NCBI GenBank assembly: GCA_038087875.1 | Contig: JAXLNO010000049.1 | Span: 1 to 37,357, forward strand | Source: Malacoraja senta | Lineage: Eukaryota | DNA length: 37,357 nucleotides | Direction of reading: 5' to 3' | In this document: in pieces, positions 34,573 to 37,357 of the stretch | How positions within the stretch are numbered: position 1 is the stretch's first letter | Layout: each line of letters starts with the position of its first letter | The notes under the pieces: generated by a model | What the model was told of the DNA's origin: nothing | Database searches by the model: none | What the model saw: the letters and a program-made list of their open reading frames with translations, nothing else | Made by a program: the position numbers and the translations under genes

Positions 34573-35420
34573 CAGTGGTTCATCGTTGATCTTCCACTTC
34601 TCTAGGGTGTTGTATAGAAACGTTTTCCTAGAGGGTCTACAGTGGAAGCTGGCCGTTTTCTCGATGTTAATTTGTAGACCAGTGTTCTTGCAGAAAGCCT
34701 GTAAGATTTTCATGTTGGCTGCCATTCCTGCATAGGAGTCACTGAGGATGGCTATATCGTCGGCAAATGCTAGTGAAGAACAGCTGACTGCCCTGTTCTT
34801 ATCACGACACCCATCCGTGCCTGTTCCAGCGTACATATCTGCGGGTCCATGGTAATATTGAATAGCAGTGTTGATAGTGGGTCGCCTTGCTTGACTCCCC
34901 TTTTTATGAGTATGGGATCTGTAGCGGTCCTGTCTCCTTCTATCACCGTTGTGTTGTCGGTATAGAGACTCTCCACTAGTAGAACAAACCTATTCGGTAC
35001 ACCCATCCTCTTAAGTCCAACGGCGACCATTTTGTGTCCAATGGAGTCAAATGGCTTTGCCAGGTCTACAAAGACTACCGCCAATTCCTTTTTGTTGCTC
35101 TTTGCCCCCTTCATGATGTTCTCTAGGATCGCAATGTTCTCGTTGCATCCAGGGGTGGCTGCTATAAATCCTTTTTGTCTAGGATTAAGCTTCACGGCCT
35201 CAGACAGTCTCTTCGCAATGATTTTCATGAAGAGCCGGAGCAACATTGGCCTGATTGTGATAGGCCTCCAGTTATCGATGTTTCTGAGGAGTCCTGCATC
35301 CTCTGTTTTCGGAATTAGCTCTGTTCGGCTCTTTTTCAAGGCCATTGGTATGAATGCCAATTTTTGCCATAAAGAGAAGAGGCGAGGTATCAGTGTCTCA
35401 TCCTGACCCATGATGTTTTC

Positions 35421-36342
35421 TGTTAAGTACTGGAGTCAGATACTTAAATAACCATCGAGAAACCATCAGGTAAAACCAACGTGCCTTTAATCATGGTTTC
35501 AGAGGGGGAAAGGAAGAGAGAGTGCTCACACTACCACCAGGGCTTTTATACTAAACAAGCCCCCTTTTGTGGCTATCGGTATTACAATAGGTGTATGATA
35601 TCTCTTAAAGGGGCATACACCACAATCCTCCCCCTTTAAAACCCTTAGTTTTACACAAAAACTAAGGGGAAAAGTACACCATACCTACAACAGATCATAT
35701 AATAGATGACAAAATTACATTATCACCTTCACCTTATATTTTGCAAGCACAATATAATAACACCATCACCAATACGTGAGGGAAAAAAAAAACAAACACA
35801 CACAGGAAACATCACTTAGTCCCGTATTCAATGTCAAAGTTCATCAATCAACCTCTGTGGCGGCCTTGATATTCTGGTTGAGCATCTTAATCCAGATTCT
35901 ACAGGCGAACACCGCACTTCCGAGCTAGGGAACACCTGTTTTGGTATTGCAACCACCTGGTCAGGAACCTGTACTGCTACTTTAGCTGGTGAAATATCCA
36001 ACGAAGGCATAGGTGCTTCTTTGGCAGCTAGAACAGGATAACAAGACATAGGCACAATAGGTTCCAATTCCTTATTCGACCATTGGCCCCCCATTGATAC
36101 TGGCTGATCCGAAGCACTTAACCGAGGTTCCAGATGAGCAGCAATAGTAGACTGTACGATTTGATCCACATGCCGGCGAATCTGGCGATCGGCCGTGTTG
36201 ACTGCATACATTAGAGGTCCTTGTACCTCCGCAACAACTCCCAGCTGCCATTTCTGGTTTCTATAATCGCGGGCAAGTACAGCTTCACCAACCTGGAAAT
36301 TCCTGGTAAGACGTTCAGGTGCACAATGGAACACTTTCTGTT
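35421..36342 (-). mobile_element. Gypsy LTR retrotransposon 3' end (integrase tail, PPT, 3' LTR)
   Basis: TG..CA LTR 35421-35624, PPT (AAAGGGGGAGG on minus) about 35627-35637, RNFQVGEAVLARDY..W..G..GPLMY..RRHVDQI..RCSTR.SRPP.RL. Confidence 0.85.
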
Positions 36343-37357
36343 ACATAGAAACATAGAAACATAGAAAGTAGGTGCGAGAGCAGACCACCAGGTCCATCGA
36401 GCCCGCACCGCCATTCGCTCATGGCTGAACACCAAACAAACACCCCTACCCACAAACAGTAGACACAAGACACAGAACACAAGACACTACCCTCCCCTTT
36501 ATACCGCTATCACCCCTCTCCACCCCAAGAACCGCGTGATCTCCTGGGGGAGGCAAAAAACCGGATAAAAACCCAGGTCCAATTCGGGAAAAAAATCCGG
36601 GAAATTCCTCTCCGACCCCAATCCAGGCGATCGACACTTGTCCAGGAGATCACTCAGGTCTTACTATACTAACCCTACCTAGGTCCATATCCCTGCCCTC
36701 TCCCCGTAGCCCCTTATCCCCTTGGCAGCTAAAAAACCATCTATTTTAGACTTAAATATATTTAATGTTTCTGCTTCCACTGCTCCCTGGGGCAGTGAAT
36801 TCCATAAATTAACCACCCTCTGGGTGAAGAAGTTCTTCCTCATCTCAGTTTTAAAAGAGCCCCCCCTTATTCTGCAACTATGTCCCCTAGTTCTAGTTTC
36901 CCCGATCATTGGGAACATCCTCGGTGCATCCACCCGATCAAGGCCCCTCACGATCTTATATGTTTCAATGAGATCGCCTCTCATTCTTCTAAACTCCAAA
37001 GAGTAGAGTTCCAGCCTACTTAACCTTTCCTCATATGTCAATCCCCTCATTGCAGGAATTAATCTTGTAAACCTTCGCTGCACTGCCTCCAGGGCCAGTA
37101 CATCCTTTCTTAAGTATGGACCCCAAAACTGTACACAGTATTCCAAATGTGGTCTCACTAATACTGTGTACAGCTGTAGCAAGACCTCCGTGTTTTTATA
37201 CTCAACCCCCCTAGCAATAAAGGCCAAAACTCCATTGGCCGTCCTGATAGCTTGCTGCACCTGCATACTAACTTTTAGTGATTCATGTACTACTACCCCT
37301 AGATCCCTTTGCGTTGCATTACAGCGCAGCTCCTCCTCATTTAGAAAATAACTTGTC
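36343..37357 (-). mobile_element. CR1 LINE 3' part with long 3' UTR, running off the window end
   Basis: ORF 36679-37266 (VRPHLEYCVQFW, RGDLIETYKI, FFTQRVVNLWNSLP) and CATAGAAA x3 tail. Confidence 0.95.

Larger units (their letters stand above)
29595..35420 (-). mobile_element. R2 non-LTR retrotransposon (RT + restriction-like endonuclease), decayed; pieces 34573-35420 and 29595-31297
   Basis: NWRPITI, LNPRQKGF, GCNEN, VFVDLAK.FDSIGH, GVKQGDPLS.LLFN, AFADD, EKYLG, GLGLP, WQKWEFKKW, CRRC..ISGQCP..ARIKRHN, EP, IFVK..VVD, RYE, EK..KY, GARGKW. Confidence 0.88.

Overview
Eukaryotic, vertebrate genomic DNA, most likely elasmobranch (skate/ray/shark), inferred from an HE1-type V-SINE, CR1 tails and Penelope 3' repeats. 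No intact host gene is visible. The window is almost entirely a mosaic of nested, mostly decayed transposons: Penelope, CR1, DIRS, Rex1/Babar, Tx1, PIF/Harbinger, Tigger/pogo, hAT (Charlie/Buster), L2/Crack, Gypsy, BEL/Pao, an RTE derivative and R2. Many have recoverable target-site duplications (TSDs). Main points: (i) from about 7.5 kb to the end, about 22 of 24 orientable insertions are on the minus strand, as in a uni-strand piRNA cluster; (ii) an R2 element lies outside rDNA; (iii) a complete DIRS1-type element sits in a CR1 with ITRs, ICR and a reconstructable empty site; (iv) a non-autonomous Harbinger carries gene-like internal DNA; (v) there is an orphan INF2-like WH2 exon, Penelope hammerhead motifs including a palindromic double-hammerhead insert, and a full-length CR1 with 89-bp 5' monomers. 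All family calls are by motif recognition without database searches. Boundaries lacking a TSD are approximate.
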